Of a stretch of DNA of 64,000 bases, positions 1-7,716 are shown one piece after another. A program made the translations under genes and the position numbers. The notes below the pieces were generated by a model that did not search any database, was not told the origin of the DNA, and was given only the letters and a program-made list of their open reading frames with translations. Each line of letters opens with the position of its first letter. Within the stretch, counting starts at the first letter, position 1. Source of the DNA: a virus. The DNA is taken from IMG/VR virus record IMGVR_UViG_3300040944_000171, positions 6,627 through 70,626 of that record. One strand, 5' to 3'.

Positions 1-172
1 CGTCGCCCAGCCGGGCGGCGAAGGCGGCCAGGGCGCGGCGGTGCCGCGGGCAGAGGTCGGGGGCCTTGAACGCGGAGTCCTCGGGGTCGGGCTTCTCCTG
101 CAGGCCGAGCTCCAGGAGCTGGCGCAGGGAGACGGGGTCGGGGGCCTGGCACGCCTCGCACCGGGGCTTCAT
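1..172 (-). CDS. small Zn-finger-like protein, truncated by window edge
   Basis: MKPRCEACQAPD...DLCPRH read from the minus strand; TACGAT -10 box 7 nt before the ATG (leaderless). Confidence 0.55.
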   Translation of the reverse strand, partial: MKPRCEACQAPDPVSLRQLLELGLQEKPDPEDSAFKAPDLCPRHRRALAAFAARLGD

Positions 173-212
173 CGACCGTATCGTACCCGGCTGCGTGCAG
201 GGACGGCCACCC

Positions 213-509
213 TCAGCCGGGCGGATCCGGCAGCTGGGCCACCGAAACCATGATCTGGTGGCGCTCAGCCGGCATGCTGGTCGGCTCGGCGGGCTCGACG
301 CTCGTGCCCGAGAGGCCGACCGAGTGGCGGGTGCCGAAGAGGCCGGTGCCGATCAGGGCCAGTGCCCCCTGGATGGCCTCGGTCACGTGGCCCTCCGTCA
401 CCTCGCCCGGGGCTAGCCCGTGGTTGCGCTTGAGGTTCTCCCAGGTGCTCCGGAGGCTCTGGTCGATGGGTTCCCCGGGCTTGGTGCTGGCGCCGAAGGC
501 CCACCTCAT
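213..509 (-). CDS. hypothetical protein
   Basis: 98-aa ORF, ATGA-coupled to the upstream gene. Confidence 0.6.
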   Translation of the reverse strand: MRWAFGASTKPGEPIDQSLRSTWENLKRNHGLAPGEVTEGHVTEAIQGALALIGTGLFGTRHSVGLSGTSVEPAEPTSMPAERHQIMVSVAQLPDPPG

Positions 510-826
510 GCCGGTTTCTCCTCCGCCGCCTCCACAGCGGGCTCCTCAGCGACGGCGGACTCCAGCTGGGCGCGGAGCTCGGCGATGGTCGCCTCGGCGA
601 TCATCAGCCGCATCCGGAGCTGCTCGATCTGCGCCTCGAGGTCGGCCCGCTCACTGAGATGCTGGAGATGGTCGCGGGCGATCTGGAGGCCTAAGCCCGG
701 CGGGATGGTGATGCCTGCCGACGCGGCCGGCGGCGGCGGGGCCTCGTCGGGCACGGTGACCAGCGGGATCCGCTCAATGGCCTTGACGCCCGGGTGCCTC
801 GCCTCGACGTAGTCGTCTTCAGCCAT
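506..826 (-). CDS. coiled-coil protein
   Basis: heptad-rich LEAQIEQLRMRLMIAEATIAELRAQLE; lies directly after the spike-like gene. Confidence 0.65.
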   Translation of the reverse strand: MAEDDYVEARHPGVKAIERIPLVTVPDEAPPPPAASAGITIPPGLGLQIARDHLQHLSERADLEAQIEQLRMRLMIAEATIAELRAQLESAVAEEPAVEAAEEKPA

Positions 827-829
827 ATC

Positions 830-2332
830 TCACGCCTGAGTGTACTGCACCGATCCGCAGGTGAACCACGTGGGGGGGCCGCCTGCGCTAGTGTCCAACT
901 CTATGTCCAGGCCCTCGCCCGCGGGCAGCGCGAGGCCCAGCGGGAAGGACTTTGTGATCGGCACGGTGGACGAGCCGGCGATAAGGCTGGCCAGGTAGAG
1001 CTGGACCGCGGCCACGAGCACGCTGGTCGCGGAGCTCCGCAGGGCGGCGAGGTAATAGCCGGCGTTGTTCGAGGCGGCCCCCAGTGTCAGGTCCACGCTC
1101 CACACCGTGATGACCTCGGTGGCGATGGCGGGCACCGGGTTAAAGACGGTATTGGCGGTCACGGTGTGGGTCAGGTTGGCCGACTGCATCAGCAGCCCCA
1201 CCGGCTGGGCCACCACCGGCTGCGTAAAGACCGGCTGCTGAGGGCTATCGCCAACGTCCACCGTGGCGTTGCCCAGCACCGCCACGACGGTGACGCCCCC
1301 GCCCGCAAGCCGACTGGTGAAGGCTACCTGGACCACCCCCGGCTCGGTCACCTGGTCTATGGGCAGGACGATCACGTCCTGTTGGGGGGCCACGTTGTTC
1401 AGGTACTCGAGTCCGGTAGTTATCCCCAGCACGTAGAGGCCGCTGATCACGCGGCCGCTGCCGTACCCGCCCCAGAAGGTGATCTTTACCGCCTGCGTGC
1501 CCGGCGGCAGGACGCAGTTGACCGCGTTGCTGCCCACACTGAGCGGGGTGATCTGGCCCACCTGTACCGGCGGCAGGTAGGTGCCCACGTTGGTCGCTCC
1601 GCCCTGGCCGCCGACGATGGTGATGTTGCCGGAGCCGATGTCCACTGAGCCGCTGGCGATGGTCACCGATCCCGAGATCGTGCCGATGTTGACCGTGCCG
1701 CTGGAGATCGCCACCGTGCCGCCGACCACGACCGTGCCGGCGGGGACGTTCTCCACCTGGACCACCTGGCCGGCGGCGATGGAGATGGAGCCGGAGATCG
1801 TCCCGACGTTGATCGTGCCGGAGCTGATCGCCACCGTGCCGCCGACCACGACCGTGCCGGCGGGGACGTTCTCCACCTGGACGACCTGATTGGCGGCGAT
1901 GGAGATGGCCCCGGCGACGGTCCCCACGTCCACCGTGCCCGAGCTGATCGCCACCGTGCCGCTGATGGTCACCGGGCCGCTGATGGTGGCGTTGACCACC
2001 GCGCCCGTGATCGAGGTGTAGCCGGTGATCGGCCCGTTGGGCGGCACCACCTCGCCCTGGTTGTAGAAGGTGACCAGGAGGCTCGCCGGCGCCCCGCTGG
2101 GGCTGGTGATGACCGGCTCCGCGCTGACCGTGACCCCCACGCTGTTCGACCAGGGAACGCTCTGCTGGGTGTAGGGGGGGATCCAGACCGTGCCGCCCTG
2201 GATCTGGGCCTGGAGGGCGTACGGCGACACATTCTGGAGCAGGACGGTGCAGGGCGGGGTCGGCACCTTGGGCGCGGGGACAGATGCGGTGCCCCCCGAG
2301 GTGAGCGCGAGGACGGGGCCGGCCAGGGACAC
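830..2332 (-). CDS. putative virion spike/turret (receptor-binding) protein
   Basis: 500 aa, V/G/T/S-rich beta protein with 40-aa repeats (GTVAISSGT..VGTISG.ISIAA.QVVQVENVPAGTVVVG). Confidence 0.6.
   Translation of the reverse strand: MSLAGPVLALTSGGTASVPAPKVPTPPCTVLLQNVSPYALQAQIQGGTVWIPPYTQQSVPWSNSVGVTVSAEPVITSPSGAPASLLVTFYNQGEVVPPNGPITGYTSITGAVVNATISGPVTISGTVAISSGTVDVGTVAGAISIAANQVVQVENVPAGTVVVGGTVAISSGTINVGTISGSISIAAGQVVQVENVPAGTVVVGGTVAISSGTVNIGTISGSVTIASGSVDIGSGNITIVGGQGGATNVGTYLPPVQVGQITPLSVGSNAVNCVLPPGTQAVKITFWGGYGSGRVISGLYVLGITTGLEYLNNVAPQQDVIVLPIDQVTEPGVVQVAFTSRLAGGGVTVVAVLGNATVDVGDSPQQPVFTQPVVAQPVGLLMQSANLTHTVTANTVFNPVPAIATEVITVWSVDLTLGAASNNAGYYLAALRSSATSVLVAAVQLYLASLIAGSSTVPITKSFPLGLALPAGEGLDIELDTSAGGPPTWFTCGSVQYTQA
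1680..1965. repeat. 120-bp tandem repeat (about 2.4 copies) in the spike gene
   Basis: GATCGCCACCGTGCCGC begins at 1706, 1826 and 1946. Confidence 0.9.
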
Positions 2333-2333
2333 C

Positions 2334-2753
2334 TCAGCCCCCCTGGCGGCGGCGGAGGAGCCCGATCAGCAGGATGAGGAGCGCGCCAGTGCCCAACCCC
2401 AGCGCCGCCGCCAACCCGGCTCCCGCGCCGCCGGAGGTCAGCTGGGCCGCCGATGGCGAGATTTGGGCCGCGTCCCTGGCGATGGCGGCGACGTACTGGG
2501 CCTGGAACTGGGCGAGGGTGAGGCAGCCGGGCAGGGTCGGGGCGTTGACCAGGGCCTGGAGCTCAGCGCTCAGCGCCCGCGCCCGATCCGCCTGGGCGGT
2601 GTCCCCCGCCGCCTCGAGGTTAGCCCCGGCGTCACCCAGGGCCTCGCTCGCGGCCGCGAGCAGCTCCATGCAGTCGCCCTCGTCCGAGGCCGACCGGGCC
2701 TGGCTGAGCAGGCTGTCAGCGACCGCGAGCGAGGCGGTGGCATCGGCCGCCAT
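2334..2753 (-). CDS. helical protein with C-terminal membrane anchor (putative virion membrane protein)
   Basis: C-terminal TM segment followed by RRRQ; similar to 49384..49923. Confidence 0.7.
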   Translation of the reverse strand: MAADATASLAVADSLLSQARSASDEGDCMELLAAASEALGDAGANLEAAGDTAQADRARALSAELQALVNAPTLPGCLTLAQFQAQYVAAIARDAAQISPSAAQLTSGGAGAGLAAALGLGTGALLILLIGLLRRRQGG

Positions 2754-2756
2754 CGC

Positions 2757-3251
2757 TCACATCAGGACCCTGGGGTCGCAGGCCGAGTATTCGACCACCC
2801 GCACGTCGATGGGGAAGCTGCCGCCGGTGGGGGCCACGATCCACACCGGCCCCACGTACCACCAGGGGAGCCAGGTCCCCTCGGCGTTGTCGCTCACCGG
2901 GATGCCCGGCATCCGGGTGGAGTCGGCCGTGGCGGTGGAGCGCACGATGTCGGCGAAGCCGTAATAGACCTTGGCGCTGGCGGTGACCACGAAGAGGCCC
3001 AGAGCCACCCGCTTGAGGTTGCGGAAGGCGACCTGGCGGGGCGTCCGCTCGGTGAGCGTGGCGGCTCGTGTCTCGCTGCCCGTGTCGTCGCTGATGGCGA
3101 AGGCGTGGCGGAGCAGGGCGACCACGTCGGCCGGCAGGCCCAACCCCGCACCGGGCGCGGAGGCCGCAGGCGCGGGGACGCCCAGTTCGCCCAACCGCCG
3201 GGCGGCGGCGGCGGGGAAGGGTGGGCGCGCCCCCGGGGGCGAGACCGTCAT
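2757..3251 (-). CDS. putative minor capsid/vertex protein
   Basis: beta-rich C-terminal ~100 aa, located between the capsid-like genes and the spike; start MTVSPP after GGAGG. Confidence 0.5.
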   Translation of the reverse strand: MTVSPPGARPPFPAAAARRLGELGVPAPAASAPGAGLGLPADVVALLRHAFAISDDTGSETRAATLTERTPRQVAFRNLKRVALGLFVVTASAKVYYGFADIVRSTATADSTRMPGIPVSDNAEGTWLPWWYVGPVWIVAPTGGSFPIDVRVVEYSACDPRVLM

Positions 3252-3261
3252 GGCCTCACGG

Positions 3262-4074
3262 TCACTGGCCGCGGGCGGCGGAGCCGGCCAGGGCCTGGAC
3301 GGGGACGGGGATGATGTCGTCCTGGGACACCCCATCGGGGATGCTGATGTTCACCCCCCCGACGATGGCGCTCCGGCCCTGGGTGCTGCCCGCCCGCCTG
3401 CGCAGGATGTAGTCGTACCCCTGCACCTCAAGGGCGACGGCGATCCCCGCCGGGGTGGCCGAGGCGCCGTTCCACTGGAGCCGGAACTGGGGAATGATGT
3501 CGTACTGCCAGAACATCTCGGTGGTCTCGGCGAAGAGGAAGCCATCGTCCACCGGGAAGGCCGCCGGCAGGCTCATGTTGGCGTCCTGGACGGGCGCAGA
3601 GATGGCGTCGGCGGGATCTGGGACCTGGTACCGCGCATTGAGCGGCGCCGTGGTCTGGGTGGTGCCCCAGTACAGGCTGGAGCCGGGGAGGTAGGCGACG
3701 AGGTCGAAGTTGTCAATCTTAGCCCCGCTGCCCGCCGCCGTGTCGATCAGGCGGAGCTTGAAGCGCGCCTGGACCATCTCGTTGACCTGGAGTTGGAAGG
3801 CGTCGGGGGCGATCAGCCCCGTCTGCTGTCCCGCCCCCAGGCTCAGGATGCTGGCCTTGGGATCGGCCTTGTACGGCGGGTACGGCGAGGAGACCGCCCA
3901 GATGACGGTGAGCCCCCCCGGCGACTCGCCCAGGGAGTTCAGCCCCCGAGCCTGGACCACGTCGTACACGGGCAGGCCGTCCCAGGTGGTCCCGTCCACC
4001 AGGATGCAGAGGTCACCCGGCTCCAGGGTGTTCCACCCTCCGCGGAAGAATCGCTCGCGTCCAGTCGATCGCAT
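3262..4074 (-). CDS. putative large capsid protein (jelly-roll-like)
   Basis: 270-aa beta-rich soluble protein with GAGG RBS, adjacent to the 197-aa capsid candidate. Confidence 0.5.
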   Translation of the reverse strand: MRSTGRERFFRGGWNTLEPGDLCILVDGTTWDGLPVYDVVQARGLNSLGESPGGLTVIWAVSSPYPPYKADPKASILSLGAGQQTGLIAPDAFQLQVNEMVQARFKLRLIDTAAGSGAKIDNFDLVAYLPGSSLYWGTTQTTAPLNARYQVPDPADAISAPVQDANMSLPAAFPVDDGFLFAETTEMFWQYDIIPQFRLQWNGASATPAGIAVALEVQGYDYILRRRAGSTQGRSAIVGGVNISIPDGVSQDDIIPVPVQALAGSAARGQ

Positions 4075-4180
4075 CGACGCTACCTCATGATCCCGGTTGA
4101 CGAGTTCCGCCAGCGCCCCGCCCGGTCAGGAGGGCGGGGGCTGGCTGGCGAACTCAGCGGATAGGGCTGCTGCCTTGTGC

Positions 4181-4774
4181 TCAGCCGGCCGCCTGGCTGG
4201 CGGGCTGGCCCGGCGCCACCGCCGGCTGGTTGACCACCGTGATCGGAGGCTCAGCGATGACCCCGACCAGCGCGTAGGTCTCGGCGTTGGCCGCCGCGAG
4301 CGTGTTGCTGGTCACGTAGGTGATCGTCGGCTTCGCGTTCGCGATGAAGTAGATGGGGTCGAAGTACCCCATCCGGCCCCGGTTGGTCGTGAACGCCCCC
4401 TCGGCGTACAGCGGGTCCAGCCGGATCTTGGCGAAGACCTGGGAGCCGGTCCCGATCCAGATCTCCTGGATCGACGGCAGGGCGGTCGCCGATGGGTACA
4501 GCACGCCGTACCCGAAGAGCACCCAGGCGGTCGCCTGGGGGACACGGGCCACAGCGGTGTCCACGGTCGGGGTGTTGGCGATGACCGCCACCCCGTTGCC
4601 GAAGACGGCCGCCTGGCTTCCGTACCAGTCGGTGGGGGTCAGCGGGCGCGTGGTCAGGTCCGCGTTGGAGGCGCCGCGCGCTGAGCTCTGGGCCACCGAG
4701 CAGGCCGTGTCCCGGAGCAGCTTCAACTGGCCCGGGTTCAGGCTCGCCTCGGGGGTGATCGCGATCAGGGTCAT
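4181..4774 (-). CDS. putative small major capsid protein (single jelly-roll-like)
   Basis: 197 aa, N-terminal helix then alternating beta strands; clear paralog at 45012..45734; followed by a GC hairpin. Confidence 0.55.
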   Translation of the reverse strand: MTLIAITPEASLNPGQLKLLRDTACSVAQSSARGASNADLTTRPLTPTDWYGSQAAVFGNGVAVIANTPTVDTAVARVPQATAWVLFGYGVLYPSATALPSIQEIWIGTGSQVFAKIRLDPLYAEGAFTTNRGRMGYFDPIYFIANAKPTITYVTSNTLAAANAETYALVGVIAEPPITVVNQPAVAPGQPASQAAG

Positions 4775-4862
4775 CTCGGATGTCCTCTAGCCCCGTTGCC
4801 GGTGAGTGCCTCTGAGATCACCGGGCGTGGGCGGTGTCGGATGGAGAAGGCGATGGCCCTGC

Positions 4863-5300
4863 TCAGAGGAGGCCGGGCTGGCTGACCTGGAGGAATGGAC
4901 GCGCGGCCGCCGGAGCCGCCAGCCCCGCCGCCCGCTCGTGACCACGGTGACCCGCGACCCGGCCGCTGGCGGGCGTCGACGGGGTGATGTACCCCGCGTT
5001 GCCGCGCTGGCCGATGGCGGTGGTGATGACCTCGGCGACGACCAGGGCGCCTCCGCCCATGAGCGACTCCGAGACGTCCGAGTGCGGCCACTCGGCGATC
5101 TGGGCGACCAGGCCGACGAGCAGCGCGCCGATGCCGACATCCAGGCCGGAGTTCTCAATGAACGAGAGCGGCGGAGTCGGCGTGCCCGTGGTGTTGGCAG
5201 GGTTGCGCTGCCAGCGGTCGGTGTCCCAGGACCGGGAGAGGCCCGTGCCGACGCCGAGCACGGCCTCGGTGCCGAGGACGGCGAATGGGAAGCGGTACAC
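4863..5300 (-). CDS. virion membrane protein (paralog of 5525..5953)
   Basis: GTG start after GGAGG; LGVGTGL...AIGQRGNAG...PGLL*. Confidence 0.65.
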   Translation of the reverse strand: MYRFPFAVLGTEAVLGVGTGLSRSWDTDRWQRNPANTTGTPTPPLSFIENSGLDVGIGALLVGLVAQIAEWPHSDVSESLMGGGALVVAEVITTAIGQRGNAGYITPSTPASGRVAGHRGHERAAGLAAPAAARPFLQVSQPGLL

Positions 5301-5429
5301 GGCCCCACGACCTCCAGATGGCGATGGCTGACATGTCGCCATGCTCTGGGAGCCGCCTCCCCGGGGGCCTCACGCTTTGGGACGGGCTTGGCCGAGACCG
5401 GATGCGCGCTCCCAAAGCGTGACGCCTGG

Positions 5430-5463
5430 ATCGTAGCCGAGGGCGGAAATCTTGTGGGAGATC
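5430..5463 (-). promoter_or_regulatory. putative late promoter GATCTCCC-N20-TACGAT
   Basis: motif shared by 7 structural-gene upstream regions. Confidence 0.65.
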
Positions 5464-5524
5464 GCCCGCATCTCCCCTCGGGGAGCCGGAGGAGGGCCGC
5501 CGACCCCCCTTGAGGGGGAAGCGC

Positions 5525-5953
5525 TCAGAGCAGCCCCGGCGCCGACCGCATGTCGCCGCCCGGGTAGGGGATGTTCTCGACCACGGGCACCGGAGGCGGC
5601 TTCACGGCCCCGCAGGCGGTGCAGCCGGCGGCCACGGCACCCTTGGGCCGCGTCACCCGCACCCCCCGGCCCCTTGCCGGGGTGATGTCGGCGGCCAGCA
5701 GGGTTCCCGCGTTGCGCTGGGCGATGGCGGGGATCACCTGGCCGGAGAGCCGGTTGGCCGCCACCGTGATGAGCCCGTAGCTGAGGTCGTCGTCCCACTC
5801 CAGGCCGAGACCCAACGCACCCACGACCAGCTCCACCAGGCGGAAGACGCCCGGGGCCTGCGCGAAGTGGGGCGCGAGCCACTCCACCACGGCACCGTCG
5901 GCCAGGCCGGTGCCCACGCCGAGCAGCGGCGGGACGAAGTCAAGCTTTCGCAT
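5525..5953 (-). CDS. virion membrane protein
   Basis: LGVGTGL...AIAQRNAG...PGLL*, contains CxxC; leaderless start. Confidence 0.7.
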   Translation of the reverse strand: MRKLDFVPPLLGVGTGLADGAVVEWLAPHFAQAPGVFRLVELVVGALGLGLEWDDDLSYGLITVAANRLSGQVIPAIAQRNAGTLLAADITPARGRGVRVTRPKGAVAAGCTACGAVKPPPVPVVENIPYPGGDMRSAPGLL

Positions 5954-5960
5954 GGCCCCG

Positions 5961-5994
5961 ATTACATCACGGCGCCGGAGCTCTGCGGGAGATC
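5961..5994 (-). promoter_or_regulatory. putative late promoter GATCTCCC-N20-TGTAAT (leaderless)
   Basis: motif begins 41 nt before the ATG at 5953. Confidence 0.65.
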
Positions 5995-6146
5995 GGCAGC
6001 CGGATCATCCCGGCATCCAGGCGCCGACCCAGCAGGGTCGGGATCCAGACCCGCGCCGCCTGGCGGACCAGGAAGTGCGCCTCGAGGGCGATCACCCCCA
6101 GCATCACGCCCGTGCCGAGGATGGCGAGATCGCGGCGGTCGATCAT
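5967..6146 (-). CDS. 59-aa membrane protein (absent from the ORF track)
   Basis: MIDRRDLAILGTGVMLGVIALEAHFL..., ATGA-coupled. Confidence 0.6.
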   Translation of the reverse strand: MIDRRDLAILGTGVMLGVIALEAHFLVRQAARVWIPTLLGRRLDAGMIRLPISRRAPAP

Positions 6147-6613
6147 GCAGCCCGGCCGAAGCCGCGCCGCCGGGACGGGGTGATCGGCGGGCCGCCGGGC
6201 GGGGCCTTGGCCTGGGGGGCGCGCTTGGTCACCTGGCCAAACCCGCCCCGGCCCGTGGTGCCGCCGCCCTCGGCGGTCACCCGCTGCTCCAGGCCGACGC
6301 CGCCCTGGCTACTGGCGGTGAAGCCGCCGGAGGCCCCGAAGGTGGGCGGGGCGGGCACGCCGATGGACTCGACCGGCGGCGGGGCCACGTCGTACCCCTC
6401 GTGCTTGGCGACCTTGGTCTCCACGATCCACCAGCCCACCCCGAGCGCCCCCACCGCCCCGGCGGCGAGCAGCCACCACTTGGTCGCCGTGGAGATGGGG
6501 CCGCTGGCGGCGGCGCTGCCGAAGCCCGAGAGCACCGACTCGATGCGCTGCTGCACGGTGGGGTCGAGCACGGCAATGGCGAAGAGGATGAGGAGGATCG
6601 CTCCGATCGGCAT
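6143..6613 (-). CDS. two-TM membrane protein
   Basis: MPIGAILLILFAIAVL...; C-terminal PPITPSRRRGFG. Confidence 0.65.
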   Translation of the reverse strand: MPIGAILLILFAIAVLDPTVQQRIESVLSGFGSAAASGPISTATKWWLLAAGAVGALGVGWWIVETKVAKHEGYDVAPPPVESIGVPAPPTFGASGGFTASSQGGVGLEQRVTAEGGGTTGRGGFGQVTKRAPQAKAPPGGPPITPSRRRGFGRAA

Positions 6614-6954
6614 CAGGGTCCAGCTCCTGCGTTGGGTCCGGGGAGATAGATGGTGATGTACCAGAAGACGATCCAGCCGGTGCCGAGGATGGTCTGGTCC
6701 TGCTCCCAGATCTCCATCTCGTTGACGGCGGTGGCCACCCCCTGCGAGATCATCTGCTCCGCCACCTGCTGCGGCTGGGGGGGCTGGCCGATGGACGAGC
6801 CGAAGATCTGCCACACCTTGATCCCGAGGCGGTCGGCGTACGCCTTCGCCGTGGGTGGCCCCTTGCCCAGGAGCTGGCTGAAGACGAGGCTCCACCCCTG
6901 GCCCGACGGTGGACGCAGCGATGCCGCCTTGCCGATGTTGAAGAGGGTCGCCAC
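6613..6954 (-). CDS. hypothetical structural-region protein
   Basis: GTG start 7 nt after a TACCCT -10 box; TGATG-coupled to the next gene. Confidence 0.55.
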   Translation of the reverse strand: MATLFNIGKAASLRPPSGQGWSLVFSQLLGKGPPTAKAYADRLGIKVWQIFGSSIGQPPQPQQVAEQMISQGVATAVNEMEIWEQDQTILGTGWIVFWYITIYLPGPNAGAGP

Positions 6955-6961
6955 GACCGCC

Positions 6962-6996
6962 AGGGTACCGCCTCCGGGTGGTGCCCTTGGGAGATC
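6962..6996 (-). promoter_or_regulatory. putative late promoter GATCTCCC-N21-TACCCT
   Basis: shared motif with the same spacing. Confidence 0.6.
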
Positions 6997-7005
6997 GGAG
7001 GTGGT

Positions 7006-7088
7006 TGGTCCGTGCCCCAGGAGTCGAACCTGGACAGCTCGCGCGGCAGGGTTACGGCCTGCTGGCCTCGCCGTTGGCCGGGACACGG
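7006..7088 (-). tRNA. atypical tRNA-Tyr(GUA)-like gene
   Basis: acceptor CCGTGTC/GGCACGG+ACCA, D stem GGCC/GGCC, anticodon arm GCAGG-CCGTAAC-CCTGC, 12-nt variable region, T arm CCAGG-TTCGACT-CCTGG; non-canonical C8 and C33. Confidence 0.7.
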
Positions 7089-7238
7089 ACGGAAGGGGGC
7101 CGAAGGGCGACCGCGCAGTCATCCAGACCCGGGGTCACCCTCCCTGTTCAGGCCCCCGCGCTGAAGTGTACTGGCCGGGCGGGACAGAGCACCCGGTGCC
7201 GCCACCGGCTACACCGACCGGCCAGCCCGTCCACCGTA

Positions 7239-7270
7239 CCACTGGCAATCCACCGGCAACCCACTGGCAA
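7239..7270. repeat. three 11-bp-period direct repeats CCACYGGCAA
   Basis: copies at 7239, 7250 and 7261 in intergenic DNA. Confidence 0.8.
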
Positions 7271-7392
7271 GGTGGCGGGCGAACGGAGGCCGATGTGGCG
7301 CTCCTCCGTCGCAGCGTTCAGCCCTCTGCCCGCACCGCCCTTCCGGCCGACCCCGCTGCGAGGTGACGGTGCCTCGGGAGCCCCCTAACCGG

Positions 7393-7716
7393 CTACTGGC
7401 TCCATCCCCTTGCGCCGACATCCACACCACGGCTTACCCGGTGGGCCTTGCGCCAGGCGGCCAGGCGGTAGTGGCGGGTGCTCTCGGGGAGGCTCCGCCA
7501 CCACCAGACCACCTCCGAGAGGGCCACGGCGCAGCCCTCGCAGGTGGTGACCGAGAGCGGGATCCCCGGGGGGATGGGGTCGCCGCAGAGGGCGCAGGGT
7601 CGCTCCGCGAGCTCTTGGAAGGCGGGTCGGCGGGTCCTGCCCCGCGACACCCAGATCCCGGCCAGGATGAGCAGGAGGCCCCCCACCACGATCCAGACGG
7701 CGTCGCCCGCCGTCAT
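7393..7716 (-). CDS. membrane-anchored Zn-finger protein
   Basis: N-terminal TM plus CxxC...CxxC. Confidence 0.6.
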   Translation of the reverse strand: MTAGDAVWIVVGGLLLILAGIWVSRGRTRRPAFQELAERPCALCGDPIPPGIPLSVTTCEGCAVALSEVVWWWRSLPESTRHYRLAAWRKAHRVSRGVDVGARGWSQ

